Assembly (NCBI GenBank): GCA_030390025.1
Contig: CM059432.1
Coordinates: 75,394,001 to 75,458,000 of the forward strand
Direction: 5' to 3'
DNA: 64,000 nucleotides
Source: Squalus acanthias
Taxonomy: Eukaryota
Both the position numbers and the translations under genes were made by a program. Positions 26,307-39,308 of the stretch are shown here, in pieces. The notes beneath the pieces are model-generated. The model was not told the DNA's origin. It ran no database searches and saw only the letters and a list, made by a program, of their open reading frames with translations. Each line of letters begins with the position of its first letter. The stretch's first letter is position 1.

Positions 26307-28370
26307 GGCCAACCATGGCTAACAAAAGAAATTAAGGATAGTATTATATCCAAAGAGGAGTCAGATAAAGTTGCCAGAAAAAGTAGCAAGCCTGAGGATT
26401 GGGACCAGTTTAGAGTTCAGCAAAAAAGGACCAAGAGATTGATTAAGAGGGGAAAAATAGAATATGAGAGTAAACTTGCAAGGACCATAAAAGCGGATTG
26501 TAAAAGCTTCTATAAGTATGTAAAAAGAAAAAGATTACTGATGACAAATGTAGGTCCCTTACAGTCAGAAACAGGAGAATTTATAATGGGAAACAAGGAA
26601 ATGGCAGTGCAATTAAACAAATACTTTGGTTCTGTCTTCACGGAAGAGGAGACAAATAACTTCCAAGAAATGCTAGGGAACCAAGGGTCTAGTAAGAAGG
26701 AGGAATTAAAGGAAATTAGTATTAGTAAAAAAATAGTGCTGGAGAAATTAATGGGACTGAAACCCGATAAATCCCCAGGGCCTGATAATCTGCATCCTAG
26801 AGTACTAAAAGAGGTAGCCATGGAAATAGTGGATACATTGGTTGTCATCTTCCAAAATTCTATAGATTATGGAACAGTTCCTGCAGATTGGAGGGTGGCA
26901 AATGTAACCCCACTATTTAAAAAAGGAGGGAGAGAGAAAACAGGGAACTACAGACTGGTTAGCCTAACATCAGTAGTAGGGAAAATGCTAGAGTCTATTA
27001 TAAAGGATGTGATAACAGGACACTTAGAAAATATCAACGGGATTAGACAAAGTCAACATGGATTTATGAAAGGGAAATCGTGTTTGAAAAACCTACTGGA
27101 GTTTTTTGAGGATGTAACTGGTAGAATAGATAAGGGAGAACCAGTGGATGTGGTGTATTTGGATTTTCAGAAGGCCTTTGATAAAGTCCCACATAAGAGG
27201 TTAGTGTGCAAAATTAAAGCACATGGGATTGGGGGTAATATACTGGCATGGATTGAAAATTAGTTAACAGACAGGAAACAGAGAGTAGGAATAAATGGGT
27301 CTTTTTTGGGGTAGCAGGCGGTGACCAGTGGGGTACCGCAGGGATCAGTGCTTAGGCCCCAGCTATTCACAACATATATCAATGATTTGGATGAGGGAAC
27401 CAAATGTAATATTTCCAAGTTTGCTGATGACACAAAACTAGGTGGGATTGTGAGTTGTGAGGAGGATGCAAAGAGGCTTCAAGGTGATTTAGACAAGTTG
27501 AGTGAGTGGGCAAATACATGGCAGATGCAGTATAACGTGGATAACTGTGAAGTTATCCACTTCTGTAGGAAAAACAGAAAGGCAGAGTATTATTTAAATT
27601 GTGATAGATTGGGAAATGTTGATGTACAGAGGGACCTGGGTGTCCTTGTACACCAGTCACTGAAAGCAAACATGCAGGTGCAGCAAGCAGTTAGGAAGGC
27701 AAATGGTATGTTGGCCTTCATTGCAATAGGATTTGAGTACAGGAGCAAGGATGTCTTACTATAGTTATACAGGGCCTTTGTGAGACCACACCTGGAGTAC
27801 TGTGCGCAGTTTTGGTCTCCTTACCCAAGAAAGGATATACTTGCCATAGAGGGCATGCAGCGAAGGTGCACTAGACTGATTCCTGGGATGGCAGGACTGT
27901 CGTATGAGGAGAGATTGGGTTGACTAGGCCTGTATTCACTAGAGTTTAGAAGAATGAGAGGGGATCTCATTGAAACATATAAAATTCTGACAAGGCTAGA
28001 CAGATTGGATGCAGGGAGGATGTTTCCCCTGGCTGGGGGGTCTAGAACGAGGGGTCACAGTCTCAGGATACGGGGTAGCACATTTAGGACTGAGATGAGG
28101 AGAAATTTCTTCACTCCGAGGGTGGTGAACCTGTGGAATTCTCTACCACAGAAGGCTGTGGCGGCCAAGTCGCTGAATATATTTAAGAAGGAGATAGATA
28201 GATTTTTAGATACAAAAGACATCAAGGTGTATGGGGAGAGAGCGGGAATATGGTATTGAGATAGAGGATCAGCCATGATCATATTGAATGGCGGAGCAGG
28301 CTCGAAGGGCCGAATGACCTACTCCTGCTCTTATTTTTTCTATGTTTCTATGTTTCTTTCTATGTTTCTA
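26307..28370 (+). mobile_element. CR1 LINE, 5'-truncated
   Basis: ORF2 RT (KSPGPD, LDFQKAFDKV, GVPQGSVL, KFADDTK) with a few stops; (TTTCTATG)n tail. Confidence 0.95.
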
Positions 28371-30744
28371 TAATTGCAGCATCTGTGTGAAGCAAAATTG
28401 CTTTGCATTGGCACTATAGTTAAAGTGTGGAATGCACCCTGACAGGGCTAGATCGTGACAATAAGGGATGTTAAGTAACTTTTATTTTTTTCACAGCATT
28501 GAACTAGAGTCTACTTAGGCATTTAGGAGTTTATGACTTATACAGTTACTGGGCTTCTTGGAATAAATGCACTAGCACTTGCCATTATACAAGAATGACA
28601 CTGATCAGTGACCCTGATAAATTCTCCTATTTGTGTCATACATTCTCCAAGGGGAGAGTGTCCAATAATAATAACTGAATAAATGGTAGAAGCTCAACAG
28701 AAACAGTCTACGGACTGTCAGCAATGGTGATAAGATGCTACTTCATACAGCTGATATGGTGCATTCTATATATGTCATTGTCACACTTTTCCATTCTAGT
28801 ATTAAAGATATGTCAAGATTAGGCTGCAAGTAGGACAGGAATATAAAGCAGCCAGGCGAGGATAGTGACGGCATCACTCATATCTGACCTTTCATCAAAA
28901 GGCCAGGATGGGTTCTGGAAACATCAAAAGCTTTCTAATAGATTTGCTTTGGATTGACAAAGTGGCTAGATTAGTTTGTATCATTGTCTTTTTGAAGAGC
29001 TGAAGCTCATTTTAGACAATTAGCAAAATGCAGTTATCTGGCTTTCTCCAGAAATACATTTTTGCTCACTGTTGCACTGCTAACTCGAGTGGTCCACTAA
29101 ATGATGCATGGTTTAATTTACATGGTATTTAGATCCTGAATTTGATGTTTGCGTGGCTCAGAGTGGTGTGAGAGGAAGGGGTTTCAATTCATGGGGCACT
29201 GGCACCAGTACTGGCGAAAGAGGGAGCTGTTGCGTTGGGACGGGCTCCACTTAAACCGGGCTGGGACCAGTGCCTTGGCAAATCGAATAACTAGGGCTGT
29301 GTATAGGGCTTTAAATTAAAAAGGGGGGAGGGGTCATGTGAAGGGACATTTAGAAATCTAAAGAGAAAAGTCAAGGCAATGGAGCAGTGTAGCGATTTGG
29401 GTAAAAATAAACAGAGTATGACAGGAAGGGACAGAGAGTTCAATGGTAATAGTGCATCAGTGAATAAGGTGAAAGCAGGGAATAATGTAAAAAAAAATTA
29501 AAGGCTCTTTATTTGAATGCATGAAGCATTCGTAACAAGATAGATGAATTAATGGCACAAATAGAGATAAATGGCTTTCTTCTAATAGCCATTACAGAGA
29601 CGTGGTTGCAAGGTGACCAAGGTTGGGAACAAAATATTCCAGGGTACTTGACATTTCAAAAAGACAGGCAGAATGGAAAAGGAGGGGGTAGCCCTGATAA
29701 TAAAGGATGACATAAGGATAGTAGTGAGAAAGGATCTTGGCTTGGAAGATCAGGAAGTAGAATGAGTATGGGTGGAGATAAGAAATAACAAGGGGCAGAA
29801 ATCACTGGTGGGAGTCGTTTATAGGCCCCCAAACAGTAGCTATACCATTGGACAGAGTATTAATCAACAAATAATAGGAGCTTGTAACAAAGGTAATACA
29901 ATAATCATGGGGGATTTTAATCTTCATATAGACTGGGCAAATCAAATTGGCAAAAGTAGTCTGGAGGACGAGTCCATGGAATGCATTCGAGACAGTTTCC
30001 TGAACAATAAGTCATGGAACCAAACAGGGAATAGGCTATTTTAGATCATGTATTGTGTAATGAGACAGGGTTAATTAGTAATCTTATAGTAAAGGATCCT
30101 CTGGGGAATAGTGATCATAATATGACAGAATTTCATGTTGAGTTTGAGAGTGAAATACTTAAATCCAAAACGAGAGTCTTAAACTTAAATAATGCCAATT
30201 ATATTGGTATGAGAGGTGAGTTAGCTAGGGTAGATTGGGAAATTAGATTAAAAGGTATGACGGTAGATAAGCGATGGCAGACATTTAAAGAAATACTCCA
30301 GAATTATCAATGAATATACATTCCATTGAGAAATAAAAACTCCATGGGAAAAGTGATCCATCTGTGGCTAACTAAAGAAGTTAAGGATAGTATTAGATTA
30401 AAAGAGACTTATAATGTTGCGAAGAATAGTAGTACACTTGAGGATTGGGAAAGCTTCAGAAACCAGCAAAAGATGACCAAAAATTGCTAAAAAGGGAGAA
30501 AATAGAAAATGAGAGTAAGAAATTTAAACACAGATTGTAAGAGCTTCTACAAGTATGTAAAAAGGAAGAGAGTAGCAAAAGTAAGCGTTGGTCACTTAGA
30601 GACTGAGACAGGTGAAATTATAATGGGAAATAAGGACATGGCAGAGACTTTAAATAAATATTTTGTTTCTGTCTTCACAGTAGAAGACACAAAAAGCATA
30701 CCAAAAATAATGGCGAACCAAGGGGCTAATAAGAGTGAGGAACT

Positions 30745-31937
30745 CATCCTCCTCCAACACCTCTCCACCATCGTCCAGCTGGGTGGGACTGCACTTGCCT
30801 GGTTCCATTCTTATCTATTTAATCATAGCCAGAGAATCACCTGCAATGGCTTCTCTTCCCGCTCCCACATCATTACCTCTGGTGTCCCCCAAGGATCTAT
30901 CCTTGGCCCCCTCTTATTTCTCATCTATATGCTGCTCTTGGCAGCATCATCCAAAAACACAGTGTCAGTTTCCACATGTATGCTGATGACACCCAGCTCT
31001 ACCTCACTACCACTTCTCTCTACCACTCCTTGGTCTCTAAATTGTCACACTGCTTGTCTGACATCCAGTTCTGGATGAGCAGAAATTTTCTCCAATTAAA
31101 TATTGGGAAGACCGAAGCTATTGTTTTCGGTCGCTGCCACAAACTCCGTTCCCTAGCCACTGACTCCTTCCCTCTCCCTAACATCTGTCTGAGGCTGAAC
31201 CACACTGTTCACAACATTGGTGTCTTATTTGACCCTGAAATGTGTTTCCAACCACATATCTGTGGAATAACCAAGGCCGCCTATTTCCACCTCCGTAACA
31301 TCGCCCGTCTCCGCCCTTGCCTCAGCTCATCTGCTGCTGAAACCCTCATCCATGCCTTTGTTACCTCTAGACTTGACTATTCCAATGCACTCCTGGCTGG
31401 CCTCCCACGTTCTACCCTACGTAAACTTGAGGTCATCCAAAACTCGGCTGCCCATGCCCTAACTCGCACCAAGTCCTATTCACCCATCACCTCTGTGCTC
31501 GCTGACCTACATTGGCTCCCAGTTAAGCAACGCCTCGATTTCCAAACCCCTCTATGGCCTCACCCTTCCCTATCTCTGTAATCTCCTCCAGCCCCACAAC
31601 CCCCCCCACCCCCACCGAGATATCTGCGCTCTAATAATTCTGCACTCGAGCATCCATGATTATAATCACTCAACCATAGGTGGCCGTGCCATCTGTTGCC
31701 TAGGCCCTAAGCTCTGGAATTCCCTCCCTAAACCTCTCCGCCTCTCTACCTCTCATTCCTTCTTTAAGACACTCCTTAAAACCTACCTCTTTGACCAAGC
31801 TTTTGGTCATCTGCCCTAATTTCTTGTTATGTGGCTCGGTGTCAAATTTGTTGCCTTATAATACTCATGTGAAGCGCCTTGTGTCGTTTTACTATGTTAA
31901 AGGCACTCTATAAATAAAAGTTATTTTTGTTGTTGTT
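30745..31937 (+). mobile_element. L2 LINE 3' fragment nested in CR1
   Basis: [19 protein letters not shown] and SRLDYSNALL motifs; (GTT)n tail; CR1 resumes at 31938. Confidence 0.92.
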
Positions 31938-32710
31938 CTAAAGTAATTCATATTAGTAGAGAAAAAGTACTAGAGAAACTAATGGGACTAAAAGCCAACA
32001 AATCCCCTGGAACTGATGGCTTACATCCTAGATCCTAGGGTTCTAAAAGAGGTAGTTGCAGAAATAGTGGATGCATTGGTTGTGATCTTCCAAAATCTCT
32101 AGATTCTAGAACGGTCCCAGCGGATTGGAAGGTAGCAAATGTAACGCCGCTATTCAAGAAAGGAGGGAGAGAGAAAATGGGGAATTTTAGGCCAGTTAGC
32201 CTGGCATCAGTCGTCGGGAAAATGCTGGAATCTATTATTAAGGAAGTGGTAACAGGGCACTTGGAAAATCATAATATGATTAGGCAGAGTCAGCATGGTT
32301 TTATGAAAGGGAAATCGTGTTTGACAAATTTATGAGAGTTTTTTGAGGATGTAACTAGCAGGGTAGATAACGGGGAACCAGTAAATGTAGTATATATGAA
32401 TTTCCAAAAGGTATTCGATACGGTGCCACATACATAAAAGGTTGTTACGCAATTTAAGGGCTCATGGGATTGGGGGTAACATATTAGCATGGATAAAGGA
32501 TTGGTTAATGGAAAAAACAAGAGTAGTGTTAAATGTGTCATTCTTCGGTTGTCAGGCTGTAACTAGTGGGGTGCCGCAAAGATCAGTGCTTGGGCCTCAG
32601 CTATTCACAATCTATATTAATGACTTAGATGAAGGGACCGAATGCAATGTATCCAAGTTTGCTGATGATACAAAGCAAGGTGGGAAAGTAAACTGTGAGG
32701 AAGACACCAG

Positions 32711-33360
32711 GGGCTTGAAATTCGGTGCCTTAGCGCCTCCCGTTAGCGCCTCCGGGGGTGATAAAGGGGTGCCAAGGACTTACCACCCGGGCGTGGTGAT
32801 GTTACCGCCACCCGCAAAATTGACCTGGCGGTTTGTGGCGCCAATAACCCTTAGCACCACAATCTCCTGCGCCCAGAGATCGTGACGTCATCCAATGCAC
32901 ATCGCCCCGGTAGCGCCCCGGACCCGAAATTCATTTCTGCCCCCTGCAGCATCGCCAGGCGATGACACTGACAGCTGTAGGAGGCGATACTTAAAGGCGA
33001 GTAGGCCGAGGTAGGTTAAAAAAAAATCTGAAATGCTCTTTGCGTTTTTTTCTGTTTCGTCACCTGCCATCGATCAGCCCAGCACTCTGTTGCAGTGCAT
33101 CGGGCTGATCGGGCCGCATCTCGGCTGCCGTCACGACCGGTAAGTTTTTTCCTTGCAGAGCCTGCAGCGATGGCCCTTCCCTTTAAGGGAGGGAAGGAAC
33201 CTTCCAACGCGGCAGCTCTGCACGGCCCATTGATTTAGAGCTCCACTTCCTTCCTGGAGCGCAAAATTTTTTAAAAGTTGAGAAACATTAGCACCTGCTG
33301 CTAATTTTCTCAATTTTTAAATTTAGCGCCCTAAACGGGGCAATAATGAATTTCTCCCCC
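32711..33360. mobile_element. Harbinger-type MITE nested in CR1
   Basis: Ends GGGCTTGAAATT / AATTTCTCCCCC; TTAGCGCC subterminal repeats as in 3314-4206; interrupts CR1 GAAGACAC..GAGCCTGC. Confidence 0.8.
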
Positions 33361-33426
33361 AATGAGCCTGCAAAGAGATATAGACAGGTTAAGTGAGTGG
33401 GCAATAAGGTGGCAGATGGAGTATAG

Positions 33427-34590
33427 TGAGGTGAGAGAGACTGCCCTTGACATCAAGGCAGCATTTGACCAAGTGTGGCATCAAGGAGCCCCAGTAAAAC
33501 TGAAGTCAATGGGAATCAGGGGGAAAACGCTCCACTGGCTGGAGTCATACCTAGATTGAAGGTCAATCATCACAGCCCCAGGACATCGCTGCAGGAGTTC
33601 CTCAGGGCAGTGTCCTAGGCCCAACCATCTTCAGCTGCTTCATCAATGACCTTCCCTCCAACATAAGGTCAGAAATGGGGATGTTCGCTGATGACTGCAC
33701 AGTGTTCAGCGCCAGTCAAACTCCTCAGATAATGAAGCAGTCCATGCCCGCATGCAACAAGACCTGGATGACGTTCAGGCTTGGGCTGATAAGTGGCAGG
33801 TAACATTCGCGCCACTGAAGTGCCAGGCAATGACTATCTCCAACAAGCGAGAGTCTAACCACCTCCCCATGACATTCACCGGTATTACCATCACTGAATC
33901 CCCCACCATCAACATCCTGGGGGTCACCATTGACCAGAAACTTAACTGGACCAGCCACATAAATACTGTGGCAACAAGAGCAGGTCAGAGGCTAGGTATT
34001 CTGCAGTGAGTGTCTCACCTCCTAACTCTCCAAAGCCGTTCCACCATCTACAAGGCACAAGTAAGGAGTGTGATGGAATACTCTCCACTTGCCTGGATGA
34101 GTGCAGCTCCAACAATACTCAAGAAGCTCGACACCATCCAGGACAAAGCAGCCCGCTTGATTGGCACCCCATCCAGCACCTTAAACATTCACCCCCTCCA
34201 CCACCGGCGTACCATGGCTGCAGTGCGTACCATCTACAGGATGCACTGCAGCAACTCGCCAAGGCTTCTTCGGCAACACCTCCCAAACCCGTGACCTCTT
34301 CCACCTAGAAGGACAAGGGCAGCAGGCGCATGGGAACACCATCACCTCCAAGTTCCCCTCCAAGTCACACACCATCCTGACTTAGAAGTATATCACCGAT
34401 CCTTCATCGTCACTGGGTCAAAATCCTAGAACTCCCTACATAACAGCACTGTGGGAGTACCTTCACCACACGGACTGCAGCGGTTCAAGAAAGCAGCTCA
34501 CCACCACCTTCTTAAGGGCAACTGGGATGGGCAATAAATGCTGGCCTTTTCAGCGACACCCACATCCCATAAAATGAATTAAAAAAAATA
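33427..34590 (+). mobile_element. CR1/Jockey-group LINE 3' part (distinct family) nested in CR1
   Basis: ALDIKAAFD, GVPQGSVLGP, MFADD and YKAQVRSVMEY motifs; AATAAA and A-rich tail. Confidence 0.85.
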
Positions 34591-36794
34591 ATAATGTTGG
34601 GAAATGTGAAGTTATTCACTTTGGTAGGAAGAATAGAAAGCAGATTTTTTTTAAATGGCGAGAAACTATTAAATGTTGGTGTTCAGAGAGATTTAGTTGT
34701 CCTCGTACAGGAAACACAGAAAGTTAGCATGTGGGTACAGCAAGCAATTAGGAAGGCAAATATCATGTTGGCCTTTATTGCTAGAGGGTTGAAGTACAAG
34801 AGTAAAGAAGTCTTACTGCAGTTGTACAGGGCTTTGGTGAGATCACACCTGGAGTACTGTGCACAGTATTGGTCTCCTTATATGAGGAAGGACATACTTG
34901 CCTTAGAGGCAGTGCAACAAAGGTTCACTAGATTGATCCCTGGGATGAGAGGGAAATCTATGAGGTATGCTTCTTTGTCAAGATGTGGCAGGAGGAAGAT
35001 TCAGCAATTATCAGTGAAGGAAAAACCTCTGCTTGGAAGGGTCTTGGGCACTGGAGGAGACAGTAGTCAAAATGCCATAATTGCATACATTTCTGTCATG
35101 TCAAACTTCAGATATCACCCTTCGGGCATCACACTTTCTGATTGGTTCAAATGTCATATTTATAAAAGAATAATAAACCAGAACCGAAGAGCTCGGTAAC
35201 TAATCAATTACAAGTAGCAATTAGGTATGAAAACTACCAATCATGAAGTTCATAAAAGCTACAACAATTGCCTGCATTTATGTAGTGCCTTTGATGTATA
35301 AAAATGTCCCAAAGCACTTCCCAGAGGTGTAATCAGAAAAATGGACTCTGAGCCAAAGAGAAAAATTTAAGAGGGGGAGACCAAAAGCTTGGTCAAAAAG
35401 ATGGGTTTTAAGGTAAATATTAAAGAAACTGAGTGCTATTTGCATTTGAGATCCAGGTGGGTCTTAAGCAATGCTAACCAAATTAGTGCTGATTTACATC
35501 TGAAGATAAAAATTCTCCAATTTACCATGTGCAATGCCACAGAAGACTCACTAATATAGAAATAAAAGTGTTGTATCTGGTGTGTAGGCATCACACAGAA
35601 ATCAATATATAAAAAGCACTTCCTTCATTGTCTCGGAGCACATCTCTCACAAACTTCTTTCCAAATCCTTTCAGTGGCTATGTGCACTTCCACTCCATTC
35701 TCGCGCCCTTGCCCCAACAATAACATAACCTGTGATGTTATGCAGAAAGTATTACAGTTTACTGTCAAGATGGATTTGTGTCCCTTTAAGGTCACAAAGT
35801 CTAATTATTAAGTAAACAGGCATGGGAGATCCACTAGTGTGTATCTATAAAAACAAACATCAAAGTTTGAATCTAATGTTTATCTACCATGCTCAGGACT
35901 TTGACATCAATGTCCCCTGTAAGCTGCACTGCCTCCTGCGCGACCTGCCTCCCCCAATGCACGGCCCATTCAAATTTTTGCTCATACACGGTACCTACAA
36001 TGCAAAAGCTGGTGAGCGGCCAGCGCAGGACCTTGCAGATGACTGCGAGGCTGTACAGCTTAGCCGAAACATTGTTTGACATATCACACTTTGTTACAGT
36101 GACAAAAAATCTTTTAAAAAGTCAGTTACTTAATACTGGGTGCTTCTGAAATATAGAAAGACTTTCCAATCTGCAAAATGTGCTCACCAAACAATTAAAC
36201 TTTGGTTAACTTGTACCTGTGCTTACTTAACAACAATTAAACTTAATACCCTTAAAAGGGACCTGGCTGCATGTTAACACAGAATAATACATTATGCATT
36301 ATATAACACTTCTTATAAAATAACATATTTTTGAACTTAACGTGAGCAATGCCATAAAAGTAGGTACAATACAATGATACAATCAAGGGCCTATATGATG
36401 CCAATTGGCTGCTTAAATGTGTTCTCATAGTTTATGAATCTGTTTCCTGGAACCCTTGATTAAATTACTGCTTTGTTACTCTTCCTCTATCATTTGCTGT
36501 TCCATGAACACATAAATCTACAGGAATAAAGCAAATGCAATCCTATAACCCTTTGTGTTAGCTCTGAACAATAAATGGTTTATCACAGATATATTTCAAA
36601 CACTGTTGTGGCTAGTTCCCAGTCTTCTGTATGCTGTAAAGGAAACCCTAAGTAAAGACCTTCCCTACAGGAAAAGACGAAAGAACAAAGATTAAACTAC
36701 ACTTTCTCTCAGTTTAACATCTCCCAGCAACGAGCTCAGTGTGACATTGACAAATAAATTGGAGTAGATTACTTGACCAGTTCCCTCAGCCTGA

Positions 36795-37183
36795 GAAAGA
36801 AAGACTTGCATTTACATAGGGCCTTTCATGACCCTAGGATGTCTCAAAGTGCTTTACAGCCAATTAAGTACTTTTCAAGTGTAGTCACTGTTGTAATGTA
36901 GGAAACGTGACAGCCTATTTGCACACAGCAAGGTCCCACAAAACAGCAAATGACCAGATAATCTGTATTAGGTGTTGGTTGAGGAATAAATGTTGGCCAG
37001 GACACCATGCAGAACTCCCCTGCTCTTATCTGAATAGTGCTATGGGATCTTTTACGGCCACCTGAGAGGGCAGATGGGGCTCAGTTTAATGTCTAATCCG
37101 AAAGACGGCACCTCCGACAGCGCAGCACTCCCTCAGTACTGCACTGGAAGTGTCACCCTGGATTTTGTGCTCACGTCTCTGGA
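36795..37183 (-). mobile_element. Deu-domain SINE
   Basis: Colinear with 9912-10310. Confidence 0.78.
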
Positions 37184-37791
37184 ATAATACATGGTGCAGA
37201 GCGCTAAAAGGAAAAGATGAAAAGAATCGTACTGATGGGTGTTACTGACCACAAAGCTAATGGGCTCGAATTTCATCGGGCCGTTGAGGCGGGATTGGAG
37301 GCGTGTGGGTGGTTAAAATTGCAAAAACTGGCGGGCGGGCCCAACCCCGCCTCCATCCCGCCTCCAAGCAATTTTCATTAAATCGTGTCTACTGGTCCCG
37401 TCTCCGTCCCGCCTCCAAGAGGCGGGATAGGCCGTTAAGGCCCTTAACAAGCACTAAATTGCCTTTATAATGCCATTTTGATAGGCCTTTGTGATTTTAA
37501 CCCTTTTCTCACATGAAGCATGCCTGTTCTGAAACACGACGGTGAAACCTGGTGGTAGCATAATTGGATTGCTGACTATCAGCTGCAGCTCAACCATTAA
37601 ATAGGAGATTTGATCAGCCATCATTTGCAGGTGGCAGGACTTTGCTGTCTCAGGTCTGGGGGAATTTTTAGAAGGCATAACCACAGCTGTGGAAGTTTGG
37701 AGCCTGACACCCATCTCCAGTGTGACCTCCTGGGAAACCCCTCTCGCCACCTTGACTGAGCGCTTCCTCAACTGAGGCATATACCAGAAGC

Positions 37792-39051
37792 ATGGGAGCC
37801 ATTTATTTCCTTCCCTTCTGGACATCAGATGAGGACGAAGACCAGCCATGGCACCAGCAGAACCATGAACAACAGCAGCACCAACAGCAGCAGCACCAAC
37901 AGCAGCAGCAACAACAGGAGCGCCAAGCTGCTGCTCACCTACCTGAAGCTGCACAGGCCAGAAGGGGCCAGCGCATGGAAGCCCGTCGGCGCAGGAGATA
38001 CCCCCCAAACAGGGTCTACAGACACAGGGTCAGCTACCTCAACATGTCTGAGCAGCAGTGCCAAAGGCGGCTCCGACTTTCGCGAGAGGTAGTGGGTGAC
38101 ATCTGCGCAATGCTGCAACAAGACCTGGAGCCCAGAGGACCAGGTGGACAACCCTTACCAGTGGCCGTCAAAGTCACCACCGCACTCAACTTTTTTGCCT
38201 CAGGCTCATTCCAGGGATCAGCAGCAGACATCAGCGGCATCTCCCAGGCGGCCGCACACACTTGCATCACGCAGGTAACCGATGCCCTCTTTGCCATCGC
38301 GCACAATCACATCCATTTCACCAAGGATCAAGCAAGTGACACGGCGCGTGCGGTTGGATTAGCTAATCTGGCAGGCTTTCCAAGGGTGCAGGGCGTCGTT
38401 GACTGCACACATGTGGCCCTTAAGGCACCCCATCGCAATCCAGGTATTTTTGTCAACCGCAAGGGCTTCCACTCCCTTAACGTTCAGCTGGTGTGTGACC
38501 ACAAGAAGGAAATTTTGCATGTTTGTGCCAAGTACCCTGGCAGTTGCCATGACTCCTTCATACTGCGCCAGTCTAGTGTGCCTCCGCTATTCAGTCCGCC
38601 AGACCAACTTAACAGATGGCTACTTGGAGACAAGGGCTATCCCCTGAAGACGTGGCTAATGACGCCGTTGAGGAGCCCATCCAACGAAGCTGAGGAGAGC
38701 TACAACTCCAGCCACATTTCCACCAGAGCCATAATCGAGCAAACCATTGGTTTGCTGAAGATGCGCTTCAGATGCTTGGATAGATCAGGTGGAGCCCTGC
38801 AGTACTCAGCAGCCAGGGTCTCCAGAATCGTCGTGGTTTGCTGTGCACTTCACAACATGGCACAGCGTCGTGGCTTGCAGATTCCTGAGGACCAAGTGGC
38901 TCGTCACATATCCTCCTCAGATGAGGAGGAGGAGGAGGAGGAGAGCAAAAACGAACATCTTGCAGAGGCCCATCAACTAGCGGCAGCAGTACGCGAGAAC
39001 ATTGCTGCCCGGGATGCAAGGAACGCACTCATCTTGGCCAGATTTGCTTAG
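37792..39051 (+). CDS. Harbinger (HARBI1-like) DDE transposase, intact, 419 aa
   Basis: Uninterrupted ATG-to-TAG ORF; HTH region ([15 protein letters not shown]); catalytic motifs VDCTH, HDS, GDKGY and IEQTIG; N-terminal polyQ and C-terminal polyE. Confidence 0.93.
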   Translation: MGAIYFLPFWTSDEDEDQPWHQQNHEQQQHQQQQHQQQQQQQERQAAAHLPEAAQARRGQRMEARRRRRYPPNRVYRHRVSYLNMSEQQCQRRLRLSREVVGDICAMLQQDLEPRGPGGQPLPVAVKVTTALNFFASGSFQGSAADISGISQAAAHTCITQVTDALFAIAHNHIHFTKDQASDTARAVGLANLAGFPRVQGVVDCTHVALKAPHRNPGIFVNRKGFHSLNVQLVCDHKKEILHVCAKYPGSCHDSFILRQSSVPPLFSPPDQLNRWLLGDKGYPLKTWLMTPLRSPSNEAEESYNSSHISTRAIIEQTIGLLKMRFRCLDRSGGALQYSAARVSRIVVVCCALHNMAQRRGLQIPEDQVARHISSSDEEEEEEESKNEHLAEAHQLAAAVRENIAARDARNALILARFA

Positions 39052-39308
39052 CCTAGCCAATCAAGCACTTTTGCCTCGCAGCTTCTTACCTGAGCATCGA
39101 CAATGGCCAAGAACCAGCGGATTCCTAGCAATTTGAACACCATACTGACAATTGCAAGTAATCCTAAGCCCTCAATGTGGAAGTCCCATTCGCGAAATGA
39201 CACACGTCACAACTACAGCAGTAGCCATCAGATTTTTTATTTATAGTAATCATCTGATGGCTTTTTAACATAAAACATCAAAATTCACCCAAGTGACTAC
39301 CCTTGTGA

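Larger units (their letters stand above)
29135..34952 (+). mobile_element. Near-full-length CR1 LINE (end of ORF1 esterase plus EN/RT) with three nested insertions
   Basis: ORF1-like WDGLHLNRAGT at ~29235; APE motifs AITETWL, GDFN and SDH; RT pieces resume after each insertion. Confidence 0.88.

Noticed and set aside
26211..27263. 350-aa ORF as a chimeric host-LINE gene
   Set aside because: It is a 5'-truncated CR1 ORF2 with a fortuitous open upstream flank and a non-ATG start; downstream stops disable the RT.
37792..39051. Host HARBI1 gene
   Set aside because: It lies inside TIRs and a TSD with a convergent Myb gene and has decayed paralogues in the same window, so it is a transposon gene.
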